From positions 48,867 to 112,866 of the forward strand of contig MU055016.1 of the NCBI GenBank assembly GCA_013239625.1: a stretch of DNA of 64,000 nt, read 5' to 3'. Made by a program: the position numbers and the translations under genes. Positions within the stretch are counted from its first letter, which is position 1. Each line of letters starts with the position of its first letter. The notes under the pieces were generated by a model. The model worked only from the letters and a program-made list of their open reading frames with translations. It did no database searches and was not told the origin of the DNA. The stretch comes from Lama guanicoe. Its lineage: Eukaryota. This document shows, one piece after another, positions 46,620-57,800 of this stretch.

Positions 46620-47945
46620 TAATGCAAACACATCAAAGACAGTGCAGAGCGTGGCCGCAGACCCCGCCCCGCTGCCCAGCAGTGATGTTTCGCATCAGGG
46701 CAGCACAGGAGGCGCAGGGCGTGGCCCAGCACTGACACGGTGCTGCTCATTACCCAAGTCCACACTTCCGTCGGATTTCCTCGGTTCTCCTCCAGACCCC
46801 TTTCCTGCCCCAGGACCCCACCCACGACCCGCATGACAATTGGTCGTCACATCTCGGGCTCCTCTGGGCTGCGACAGTTTCTCAGACTTCCCTTGTTTCT
46901 GATAATGTTGACGGTTTTGAGGAGGCCTGGCCAGGAATGTCCTTCCATTCGGATTTGTTTGATGTTTTCCTCAGCACCCGCCTCAGGGGTGGGTTTTGGG
47001 GGAGACCCTGGAGGCGAGGTGCCCTCTCCTCACATCGAGTCAGGGTGTTTATGGTCAACACAGCATCACTAAGGATGCCGACCGGGACCACCTGGCTGAG
47101 GTGCGCTTCCACGGTGTCCGCCAGGTTGTAACGCTACCCCCCACCTTCCGTGCTGTCCTCTGCAAGGACGTCCCCACGCAGCCGCGGGGAGGGGGCAGTG
47201 CTCCACCTCCTGGTGGAGGGGGTATCTGCATAAACTATTTGGAATTCTGCAGGAGAGGATTGTCTATGATCTCCACTTACTCACTTCTTCAATCATTTAT
47301 CTGTATCACTGCAGACTCCTGGATACTTGTTTTACACTTTGGGTTAGAATCCAGTAACAAATTATTCTGTTGCTCAGGCGGTTCCAGCTTTGCCCATTGG
47401 GGGTGATTTTGAGTTGGCATCTGTATCACTTTGGTAAACACCCCATCATTGTGGAGTATTTTTGGGGGGGTTAAGCGTGTCCTTCCTTTCTGGCACCACA
47501 AGGTGCTCCAGGTTCATTGTGTGTGTCTCCTGCCCCAGCCCTAGAATCAGCCGTTCCTCCTTTCGCTGGAGGACGGTGTTAGAGACCGAGATTTGGGTGC
47601 TGGTGTGATCATTGCTCCTGGGGCGTCGAAACTCCTAGGCCCTCCCACAGCCAGAGCAGGGAAATACAGGTGCCTAGTGGGACCTGTGTATATACACCTG
47701 TCCACAAACATTGCTCTGTGTCACCATCTCTATTTGTACAAAGCTAATCACGAGTTCATACCAGTGTCTCTAACTCTGATCCATCACTGCAAGGATCATT
47801 CTAGCAGCCCCCTCCTTATCTGTCTCTCTCACTCCAACAGTGACAAGCTGGCTCCCACCATCCACCTACTTAATTGCTCCATCCCAGGACGCACATGTGG
47901 TGGGTTCAGAACTGCTAGCCTGTACTCCTGGGGGAAGCAATCTTA
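46620..47945 (-). mobile_element. Old L1MC-like fragments
   Basis: gacagtttctcagacttcccttgttt...tttctggcaccacaaggtgctccaggttcat...gccctagaatcagcc. Confidence 0.65.
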
Positions 47946-47961
47946 CTGGCATAATGCCTTG

Positions 47962-48048
47962 TTTTCTAATGGAGGCGCTGGGAATGGAACCCAGGACCTC
48001 GCGCATGCTAAGCACGCGCTCTGCCGCTGAGCTGTGCCCCCACCCCCC
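47962..48048 (-). mobile_element. tRNA-Ala SINE, short form
   Basis: ggaacccaggacctcgcgcatgctaagcacgcgctctgccgctgagct; 14-bp TSD ggcataatgccttg/ggcatagtgcgttg. Confidence 0.85.
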
Positions 48049-48223
48049 GGCATAGTGCGTTGATGCCGCCCACGTTAGGTGCGCCTGCAGTTCTTTTCTG
48101 GCGCTGAGCTCGTCCGTGGTGTGGCTGCAGCACAGGATGCCGAGCCGCTCCCCTGCTGGTGGCGTTTGATCGGCTTCTGTGCCTTGGTTCTTACGAGTGA
48201 GCCTTCCTGGAATATTTGGTGAG

Positions 48224-48713
48224 TGCGGTAGGCAGGCTCTGACTGGCCCCTAGTGACCTCACCCCTACACCTTGAGCGTGGGTGGGCCCGTGGACATGAC
48301 CAGCTATTCCTCCTGAGATCAAGTTACACGCATGGAAAGACCTTGCGGTAAGAATGCCCTAATCACGCCATCTGTTTAAAAGCAGAGGGTTTTCCCCCCG
48401 TGCAGCTGGGGCGGGGCAGGGGAGCAGTCAGAGAGGAACTCTGTGCCGTCGTTTTAAAGACAGAGGGAGAATGTGCCAAGGAATGAGGGTGGCCTTTAGG
48501 AGCAGAGGGACAGCCAGCAGGGAACCGGGGCCTGGGTCCTGCAACATGAAGAACGGTATTTGGCCCCAAGCCCCCGACTGACCTTTGATCGCAGCGTCGT
48601 GAGACCCATGCCACAAGAGACTTCTGACCTACAGATCCGTGAGCTAACCAGTGGGTGTTCTCTTAAGCCACCAGCTCGTGGGGTTTGTCATGCAGCCACA
48701 GATAAGTGATACG
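48224..48713 (+). mobile_element. MLT1 (MaLR) LTR
   Basis: tgcggtaggc...gacttctgacctacaga...ttaagccaccagctcgtggggtttgtcatgcagc...gatacg. Confidence 0.75.
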
Positions 48714-48714
48714 G

Positions 48715-51420
48715 CGGTGTGTTTTCATTTCTCCCAGATACATACTTGAGTCGAATTGCTGGGGTTTAGGACAATAGACGCATATTTAACTTAATAAGAA
48801 ATTCCCAAAGAGTTGTCCGAATGGTCATGTCATTTTACATTCCCCTTGGCAAAACAGGAGAGTTTCAGGTGCTAAACGTCCTTAATAACAGTTGATGTCA
48901 TCAGTCTCTGGACTGTAACCATTCTCATGGGTGAGGTACCACTTCACGGTGATTTTAGTCTGCATTTCCCTGGTGCCTGCAGATGGTGGATGCCTCTCCA
49001 GGGTTCCTGGTCATTTATCCATCTCCTTTTGTCAAATGCCTATTCAGATATTTTGCCCATTTTTAAAATTGGGTCGTCCGTGTTTTTATTGTTTGTTGGC
49101 TGGTGTCCTTTACATATTCTGAACAAAGCTCCTTCCCCTGAGACTGTGCTGTGCTTTTTCTCCCCAGCCTGTGGAGTGCCTATTCATTTTCTTAACGGTG
49201 TTTCCCTAAGTTGAAGTACAGTCCATTTGCAATGCTGTGTCAGCGTCAGGCGTGCCGCACAGTGCCTCAGCGAGGTTCGCGGTGTCTTTTGATGAGGAGA
49301 AACTTGGTTTTGATGAAAACCAGCTTATCAACTGTTCTTCCTGTATGGCTGGTGTATTCGCCTACCCCAAGGTCATGAAGAGTTTCTCTTATGTTTCCTT
49401 CCAGAAGGTTCTGGTTTTAGTTTAGATCCATCCTGATTGCACTTTTTTTTTAATTGAAGTATAGTCGGTTACAATGTGTCCATTTCTGGTGCACAGCACA
49501 ACGTCCCAGTCATGCATGTACAGACACATATTCATTTTCATGTTCTCTGATTTCGTTTTTATACAAAGAGTGAAATAAAAGTCAAGGCTCCATTTTTTTC
49601 TATACAGATACCCAGTTGTTCCAGCACCACTTGTTAACAAGAGTTTCTCTCCCTATTGAATTGACTCGGCATCTTAGCTGGAAATCAATGGACCATGTAT
49701 ATGTATGGGAGTTGCTTCCTGGATTCCCTGTTCTGTTTCCCATTAACCCATTTGTCTTTCCTCCTGCCAGTCCCGTGCTGTCTTAATTACTGTGGCTTCA
49801 TAGTAAGTCTTTATAGTGTAGGGCCTTCAACTTCGTCTACTTTTCCAAAATTCTCTTGGCTGTTCTAGGTCCTTTGCAACTCCGTGTCAAATGAGAATCA
49901 TCTTGTCAAAAACTTTTTTAAAGCCTCATGCAATTTTGGTAGAATTTGCAATGAATCTCTGTATTCTTTTGGGGAGGATGAATACCTTAGAAATATTGAC
50001 TTTTCTAGCCTACAAATACAGCGTATCTCCCCGGCTATTTAGATCTTCTCTAGTTTCTCTCAGCAGTTTTCCAGTTTCCTATTTGAAAGCTTTCTGTATT
50101 TCTTCATTATTTTGATTTCTTACTATTTGTTTCATTATTTTTACCATTTGATTTTTTGGTACTATTGTAAATTTTAAAAAATTTTATTTTCCAATGCTTC
50201 AGTACTAACGTGCAGAAATGTAATTGATTTTTTCTAAATTGACCCTTCACCCCTCGATCTTGCTAAATTTACTTATTAGCTCTAGTAGCTACTTTTGTAA
50301 CTTTAAAAGGATGTCTACCTATAGAATCATGTCTTCCTTTTAACTCTGTATGTCTCCTGTGTCTTTTCCTTGCCTCCTGGCCCTGGCTAGGACTTCCAGG
50401 ACACGGTTAAGTGGAAGCAGGAAGGGTGGACATCCTGGCCTTGTTCCTGGCCTGGGGTCAGCAGCCCGCTTCTCAACATTACGAGGGACTTTGGCTGTAG
50501 GGTTTGTACAGATGCTCTAATCTGTGAGTTCCGTTCCATTCCTGGTTTGCTGAGTGTTCTCGGTGTCGAGTTTTGTCAGATGTTTTCTCTGCATCTATTC
50601 ACGTGATCATACACGTTTTGTTTACTCTGCTAATATGGTGCAGATATTATGCTGACTGATTTTAGAAGGTTGAACCAGCCTTGCATTCCTGGGATGCACT
50701 CCCCTTGGTCACAGTGTGATCTCCTTATATATTGCTCACTTTGATTTACTAATATTTTGTTAAAAGATTGTGTCCTTGTTTATGAGAGATACTGGTATAT
50801 AATTTTCTGTTTTTGTGATACCTTGTCTGATTTTGGTCTCAGGATAATGGTGGTCTCATAGAATTTTATTTTCTGGAAGAGCCTGTGTAGAATTGATATT
50901 TCTACCTAGACTCACAGGACTTCTCTGATCCTCCCCATCTGAGCCCATTTATGCTTTTCTGCTGAATGTGTGGTTGCATTCACCAGTGGAGCCACTTGGG
51001 CCAGGAGCTTTCTTTGTGGCAAAATTTAAATTATCAATGGAATTTCGTTAATAGACATAGAGCATTTCTTCTCGTGCCTATTTTGATCATTTGCATCTTT
51101 CAGGGAGTTTTCCCGTTTCATCGAAGTTGTCCAGTTTTGGGCGTCAGTCGTCAGTAACATTTGCAGCGTTATTGTCTAATGTCCATAAAGGACGAGGTGG
51201 TGCCTCCTCTGTCACTCCTGGTGTTGACCGTTTGTCTCTTCCTTCTATTTTTCTTGATTGAAACAACTGGAAATTCATCCATTTTTAAAAATCTCTTCAA
51301 ATAACCAGCTTTGGGTTTCACTGCCTTTCCCAGTTGCTTGTCCATTTTCAGTTTTCTCTATATCTGCTCTTCCTTCTGCTATTCCTTCTACCTCTTTGGG
51401 GTTTAATTTCCTCTTCCACC
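48715..51420 (-). mobile_element. Long old L1 (antisense ORF2/3' region) with embedded younger L1 tail fragments (~49205..49270, 49442..49545)
   Basis: T-rich and low GC; cagttgttccagcaccacttgtt, gaaccagccttgcattcctgggat, ttaattgaagtatagtc. Confidence 0.8.
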
Positions 51421-51828
51421 GTCCTCGGGAAGCCAGACATCTCTGCCCGAAGGCCCAGGCAGCCTGGGCCCCCAGGAAGGGCAGGTCTGTGTTCAGTCAA
51501 GTGTTCTGACTGCAGACCAGGCTCTCTCTGGAGAGGGGGTCTTGGAGCCCCTTCCTCCCACACTAGGCAGGGGATGGGGAACTGTCAGTTCTGGAACCAG
51601 GGCTCCCACTACCAGCCCTCCGGGACTTGAGGACAGAGCAAAGGGTCCGTGGCCCACCAGGTTCTGCCCTCACCCAGGCCTCGGGAATCCCTGTATCCCT
51701 CGTGGCCGAGTGACCTGCCTGGTTCCAGCATCCCTGCCCTGGCCTCAGAGGCGAAGCAGGTGAATGGGGTCCATGCAGAGCCACCTTCTGCCACAGGGGG
51801 GCAGTGTGGCCCCAGGAACCACCTTGTG

Positions 51829-51830
<2 letters not shown>

Positions 51831-51889
<59 letters not shown>
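51831..51889. repeat. (GT)25 microsatellite followed by (GA)4
   Basis: Direct reading. Confidence 0.98.
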
Positions 51890-52041
51890 GGAAAGAGAGT
51901 GCCAACCCTTCCCACACTGTCTGAGCCCCCTCCCCTCCTGAGCCCCTCCCCTCATGAGCTCCTCCCCATCTGAACCCCTCTCCACCTGGGTCCCCACCAG
52001 GGCAATGGCGAGCAGGTGGTGCCCTGAAAGGTCCACTTGGC

Positions 52042-52055
52042 CCAGCAGGTGGCGC
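52042..52055 (+). promoter_or_regulatory. CTCF consensus site
   Basis: CCAGCAGGTGGCGC, perfect core; weaker near-copy at ~52009..52022. Confidence 0.55.
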
Positions 52056-52170
52056 CAGCAGCTTGGGGAACAGACCTGGGTGGGCAGGTGTGGGGTATAA
52101 GGGGGTTGGGGGGATGGGTGTGGGGTATGAGGGGGTTGGGGGGATGGGAGTGGGGAGGACTTTTCTGGAT

Positions 52171-52377
52171 GAGGCTGGAGACTAGTTTCTGGGGCTGGGG
52201 CTGGGCCTCAAGCGCTGGTCTGAAGTGTGCAGGCACTGCCAGATCTCGTGAAGTCCTCCTGTCCCAGGGTCGTAGAGGCTGGAGAGTAGGTTCTGGGGCT
52301 GGGGCTGGGCCTCAAGCGCTGGTCTGAAGTGTGCAGGCACTGCCAGATCTCGTGAAGTCCTCCTGTCCCAGGGTCGT
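52171..52377. repeat. Tandem duplication, 104-bp period, 2 copies
   Basis: 52171..52273 vs 52275..52377; 2 mismatches near the start, then 87 identical nt. Confidence 0.95.
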
Positions 52378-54616
52378 CCCAGGGGCCTGGGGGCAGGGAT
52401 GCTGGGTGAGCCAGGTGAGAGGCTGACACACTGAGTGGTCCCGCAGGTGGGGGCAGAGCACAGGTCCCCGAGGTCCAGGTGGAGGGAAGCGGTGGGATCC
52501 TGCCCAGCCAAGGGGCAGCGGGGGAGGGGAACTGGGAGGAGTCTGGGGGCTTCCAGCTCAGAAGCAGGGCCGAGCAGGTGGGATTCCCACTCTACAGGCC
52601 CCTGCTGGGTGGCAGGGTGAGCCTGGAGTTTGGCACTGGGAGGAGATGGGGTTTGGGCTATGCCTGGGGGGAGCTGACCCCTGCCCTCCTGTCTCCTGGG
52701 CTGGAGCAGGTTCATGCAGCCCCTCAGGCCTCTGTCTGCCTCAGCAGCCCCCAGCCCTCTCCCTCCCTCTGGGGACTGAGCTGCGACCCCTTCCGCCCAG
52801 CCCCACCTCCATGCTGTGGGCCCCTGCACATGGGCAGCCTGTCTAGGGCTGCCGAAGCACCGGTACCGGAGCACTGGTTCCAAGGCAGTTCAGGGAGGGG
52901 GGCATTTGGGGGTTAGGGGAGCCCAGAGCATCAAGCTAAGGGGCATTTCTATTGTGCCAAGGTGGGTGGGGTGGGGCTTACCAGGCCCCCAAGTACACGC
53001 TCCCCCCCAGCCCAAACAAATCAGAGCAGCAGCATATGGTCAGCAGGGCCTTTGTTTGCCAAGAAGGGCTGGGAAGCTGTGGAGGCCCCGCCCCATGGCC
53101 TGTCCCATCCGAGGCTTGTCCTGGCCCAGTCGCAGCCGTCCCTGGTGCAGAGCCACAGGTCCTGGTCCTGCCAAGGAGACTGAGGTGCAGAGCAAGAAGC
53201 TGGTCAGGGCAGTGGCGGGGGAAGACCCCAGTCTCCAGGATCCCCCTACCAGGACACTGGAAACCTGAGAGGAGACAGCCTTGAACCAGACACAGCTGCT
53301 GCACGCCTGCGCAGCTCCTACTCGCATCCCAGAGAGCACATAGCTGTCTCCATCCGCTGTCTGGCAGCCAGTCTCTAGCCCTGACCCAGAGGACAGTGAG
53401 AGGGTCCCAGACACACCCCTCCCCTCCCAGTGATGGGAGAGGCAGCCGAGGGGCTCTGTTCCTGAGTCCCCTCCCCCTCCCCCCTGGTTCCTCTCTCTGC
53501 TCTCAGGTGCAAAGATGAGGGGAACCTGGGGGTGCCCTGGTTTTCTCATCCGTGGAATGGGATGGCAGTCCCCACACCAGGCTGTGCAGGACCTGGCTCC
53601 TTCTGGCACGCATTCTGGTTGGGGGCTCTCCTGGGGTTCCCAAGACAGAGGGCTGCAGCCCCAGGTCTGGGCAATCCTGCCTTGGCACCTTGAGGGGCTG
53701 CTAGGTGCCCGGGCCCCCCTGAGCCCAGAGACTGGTGGTGGGCCCTGTCAGGGCCTGCAGAGGGAGGAGGGCAGAGGAACTGGGAACTCGAGAGCAGCAG
53801 GTGTTGGCGGCCTGATTGATGGTAGCTTGGCCAAGGCGTGGAAAGAGGGCAGGGGAGGCACTTACACACAGGTGGGGGACAAGGGCTGCTAGTCCCAGGA
53901 GGGAAGCCGGGCAGAGAGCGGGCAGAGCTCCGTAGCTGAGTAGCCGCAGTGCAGGGGTCCCAGGGAGCTGCCCCGCCCCACCCCACCCTATTCCCTTCCT
54001 GGAATGTGGGGTGAGGACCCCTCGACCTGGATGACACAATCCCTTTCCCCCAGGTCCACAGTTCCTGGCCTTCAGGAACCTCCCTGGGGACAATCCAGCC
54101 CAGGGAAAACTTCACTGTACAGTTGGGGCTACTGAGGCTTGGGGCCAGCTGGCCCCCTGATCGCGACCTTCACCATCCACCGGCCCTTCACCTGCTGGGG
54201 CCCCTGCCCCACTCCCAGCACCTGCAGCGGCATCTCCCCCATTCCAGGCTGCAGCTTCAGCTCCCCCCACCTTCTACCCCACCCCCTCCTAACCCCCACT
54301 CCAACCCCCACCAGTCCAGCAGCCTCCGAAATGCAGACTGGATCTTGTCCACTCCTGCTTAGACCTCCTGCAGTTCCGCCTGGGACAAGCCTCAGCCCCT
54401 CCGAGGAGGGCACGGTCCCACAGGCCCCACCTCCCACGGCCCCGCCTTGGAGGCTGGGGCCCTGGCTCAATCTGCCTCCAGGAGCACTGGGGTCCCCTTC
54501 TCTCCTCCTCTCCTGGCTGGTTCCTTCTGTGTCTTGTTCCGGGCTCTGGTGTCACATCTGAGCCACTTCCCTGCCCCTAGCCCAGATTAGGGTCCTCCTT
54601 TGGGCTCTGGAATCCT

Positions 54617-54877
54617 CAGAGCCCGACTCCCGCTTCAGGCCCAGGGACCAGGACTCAGGGGACTTTCAGGGGCTCAGGGAAGTATTTTAATGTCTTTTAA
54701 ATTCAGCAGAAAAATCCAAATTTTTAAGAACAAGAAAATGCTTTCACATATAATATTAATATATATCTTTAAACCAATGTAGCCATAAAATCTAATTTTC
54801 ACTACTTTTGTTTTGTATAGTAAAAGGGGTTCAGGAAGGCAAAGGGCCCCAGCCCACCAAGGTCACAGCACAGCCTG
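54617..54877 (-). mobile_element. MER96B-like hAT non-autonomous DNA transposon
   Basis: CAG...CTG termini, GC-rich ends around an AT-rich core (catataatattaatatatatctttaaaccaa); resembles the recalled MER96B consensus. Confidence 0.6.
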
Positions 54878-57800
54878 GTCCCTGAGCCGCCTGACCCCAG
54901 ACTGGTTGCGCTGGTGCCTCGCCTGGGACCAACGTGCCTGCCCTGCCCTGCGGGTCTGTGCCCCCTGGACGCAGTGACAGCGCCCTGCGGGTCCGGCCGC
55001 CCTGCGCAGGCCCTCAGGACCTACCAGGCCCCTCCCTGCCTCTCCCCTGTCCGTCGCCCTAAGGCCGAGAGAGGCCCCAGGGCTCAGGTGGCTGCGCATC
55101 CTCAGCAGGCAACCTGGAATATTCTTCGGGCTGCTGGTACCAGGCAGGCTTTGAAGCCACCCAGAGGCCTCGTAAACTGGGTGATGAGGAAAATTAACCC
55201 CCAATAAACCCAGAAAGGATACGGGATCTCAGTGGAAGCAGCCGGGGAGTGGGGGCGCCCAACTGCTGAGTGTGCTGGGGGAGGGACCCCCGCCAGCAGC
55301 CCCCCAGACTCATGCCTAGTGCCCGGGTAGGGGGTATGCCCTTTCCCGCCTGTGGGGGGAGGGGAGGTGACCGCCCTGCTGGGCCCAGTGCGGAGGCCAG
55401 AGGGTGTGGGGCTGAGCCTCTCAGCCATCTCCCCACAGTCCTCGTCGTGGGACCCACAAGTACCCCATTTCATAGCTGGGAAACTGAGGCCCTGCAAGTC
55501 ACATACTGCCCAAGCTCCTGGGACCTCTGTATGCCTTACCCACCAGGCTGCACCGCCTCCTTGGGGCCGACCTTGGGCACCCTGGCTGGGCTCTGACCTG
55601 GGGCTGGGCCCGGCCTCCTTCCGGGGCTTTGCGGACCCCAGCCCCGCCAGCGCTGGCAGCAGCACAGCCCCGGACGCCGCAGGTGGACTTTCCCAGCACC
55701 CAGGCGTGGGCTGGGGCAGCCGAGCCCCGGGCGTGGGGGTGCGCAGCTGTTTCTCGGGGCTTTCCTATGAGAAAGGGCCCCTCTGGCCGCGCCCGCGTGC
55801 ACCACTATCGGAAGCCAAACTCAGAGCCAGGGAATGTCAACACTGCAGGCGCACCACCTGGCATCTGGGGCCCGAGAGAGAGCGCCTCCAAGCTGAGAAG
55901 CTCTGTGCTATTTATAACACCGCTGGGAGAAGTGGGGCAAATACTGTCAGCCCCTCCCCAGCCCGCCGTGACCTCCAGCCCGTGTTTGAACTCTCGGTGG
56001 GCAAACAGGCGGTGATAAGGCCCAGAGATTAGAGCTCCGAATAAACACAGCTTCCTTCCCCCGAAGCTTGGGATTCCCAGCCTCGGACCCGGGGAGGCCC
56101 AGGGAGCCCGAGCTGGTGGCCGCGGGGGCCCAAGAGCCCAGGCTGGGCCCCCAAGAGGGATCCGGCTCTGACTGCCCCACCGGGTCGTCCCCTGCATCTC
56201 CCGCACACCCCGCCTGCAGTGAAGTTGCTCCACTCACTCCTGGCAGCCCCCACCTCCCCCACAGGCAGACATCATGGGAATCAGCTCTGCCTCCAGCGAG
56301 CGGCCTTCGGATCAGATTGACACGGATCACGCACTGTGCACATTCAAACATCACTGACCTTGTCTAGCGCGATTCCCCCGTTCCCCTAAAGCGGGGCAGG
56401 TACTCTCCACCTTTCAGGACCGGCTGGAGGACAAGGTGGTAGAGGTGACATACTGGCACACAGTGCGTGCTCAGCAGCTGATGGGTCCCACCAGGCCCAG
56501 CGGGCCTCCCACCTCCACACCAGCTGGCCTTGCCCCCCTCGGTGCCCGAGGCCTGCACTCCAGTGTCCCTCCTGTACCCGCTCTAGCTGGTCTGAGTCCC
56601 TTTGAAGGTGCAGGACCAGGAGGGGCCACAAGATCCAGCAGAGTGGACCGCATCTTCCAGATCCTGGTGGTCAGCTTCTGCTAATGCAACCAGGATGGTC
56701 TTGGTCTGGGGGCTGAGGATGCCAAGAGCCAGAGGTGGACAAGGTGGAGTTTGAGATCAGCAGAGACAAGGCTGATGCTCTATTTGGAGCCGGGCGGTCG
56801 GCACCTGGATCAGGAGCCAGTCTCTGGGTGGGGTCAAGGTTAGTCCATGGCTGGGGTGGGTGTTCAGTCCAGGCCTGTGTCAATGCTCAGTATATAGGTG
56901 GGATTGGGGCTCAGTCTATGACTTGGATCAGGGCTCTGCTTGGGCCAGGGTCAGGGTTCAGACTGTGACTGGGGCGGGAGGTCAGCCTGTAACTGGGACG
57001 AGCCGTCGGCCCACTGTAATGGGGACCAGGGCTCAGGCTGAGCTGGGCTGGAGCTCAGTCTGCACAGCCTACGTCTGCCCCCAGCGGCTCATTTGCTGCC
57101 TAGCGTTTCCATCTCAAGTCACGGCGGCTGAACTTCGCTTCCTCTTTGGATCAGACTAGTCTTGGCCGGCACCCAACCGCTGACTCCCGGGGGAGAGGCC
57201 CTGTTCCCGCCAGTTACATTCCCACGCCTGCCTGGGGGGTGGCCAGAGGGCGGCGGGTGTCGAGGGGCTGCCTCCCAGGGGACCTGCCTCTCATCTTCCC
57301 CAGCCTCCGACAGCAGCCTGGGACTCTCGCAGAAGGAGCTTCCAAACCGTGGGGCCCCTTCCCCTCAGCCCTGCGCCCCAGGCCCTCCTTCCTGTCCAGC
57401 GAAAGGCCTGCACACCAAGGCCAGAAAGGCCCAGCGCTTCCCGGGGGGCCCAGCCTGGCTCATGAATCCAGTCATGGGCCTTTGCCTTCTTGGGCCTCAG
57501 TTTCCCCTGTCCCCTGTCCCACTGTGCCCCCTCCCATTCCACGGTGGCAAATCTGACAGGCCAGGGGCTCCTGTAGTCCTGGCAACTCCTGGGGCCACCA
57601 TCAGCCTGTGTGCCCTCTATCCCTACAGGGGTGATGCCCAGAGAGGAGCCTGTTCTGTCTTGAAAACCACAGATCCACTCCTGGACCTGGTGGGCTGGAG
57701 AGACCCATGGGCCAGCTTGACCTCAAGTGAAATGGATTTGCTCAGGGATCAGAGCCTATCACCAGAAGGGTTGGCCTCCGAAGGGAAAGGCTGGCAGCCA

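Noticed and set aside
51563-52036. His/Thr-repeat and Cys/Val-repeat ORFs
   Set aside because: Translations of the (GT)25 microsatellite
52171-52377. CRISPR-like repeat-spacer array
   Set aside because: Simple head-to-tail duplication in mammalian DNA; no spacers or cas genes
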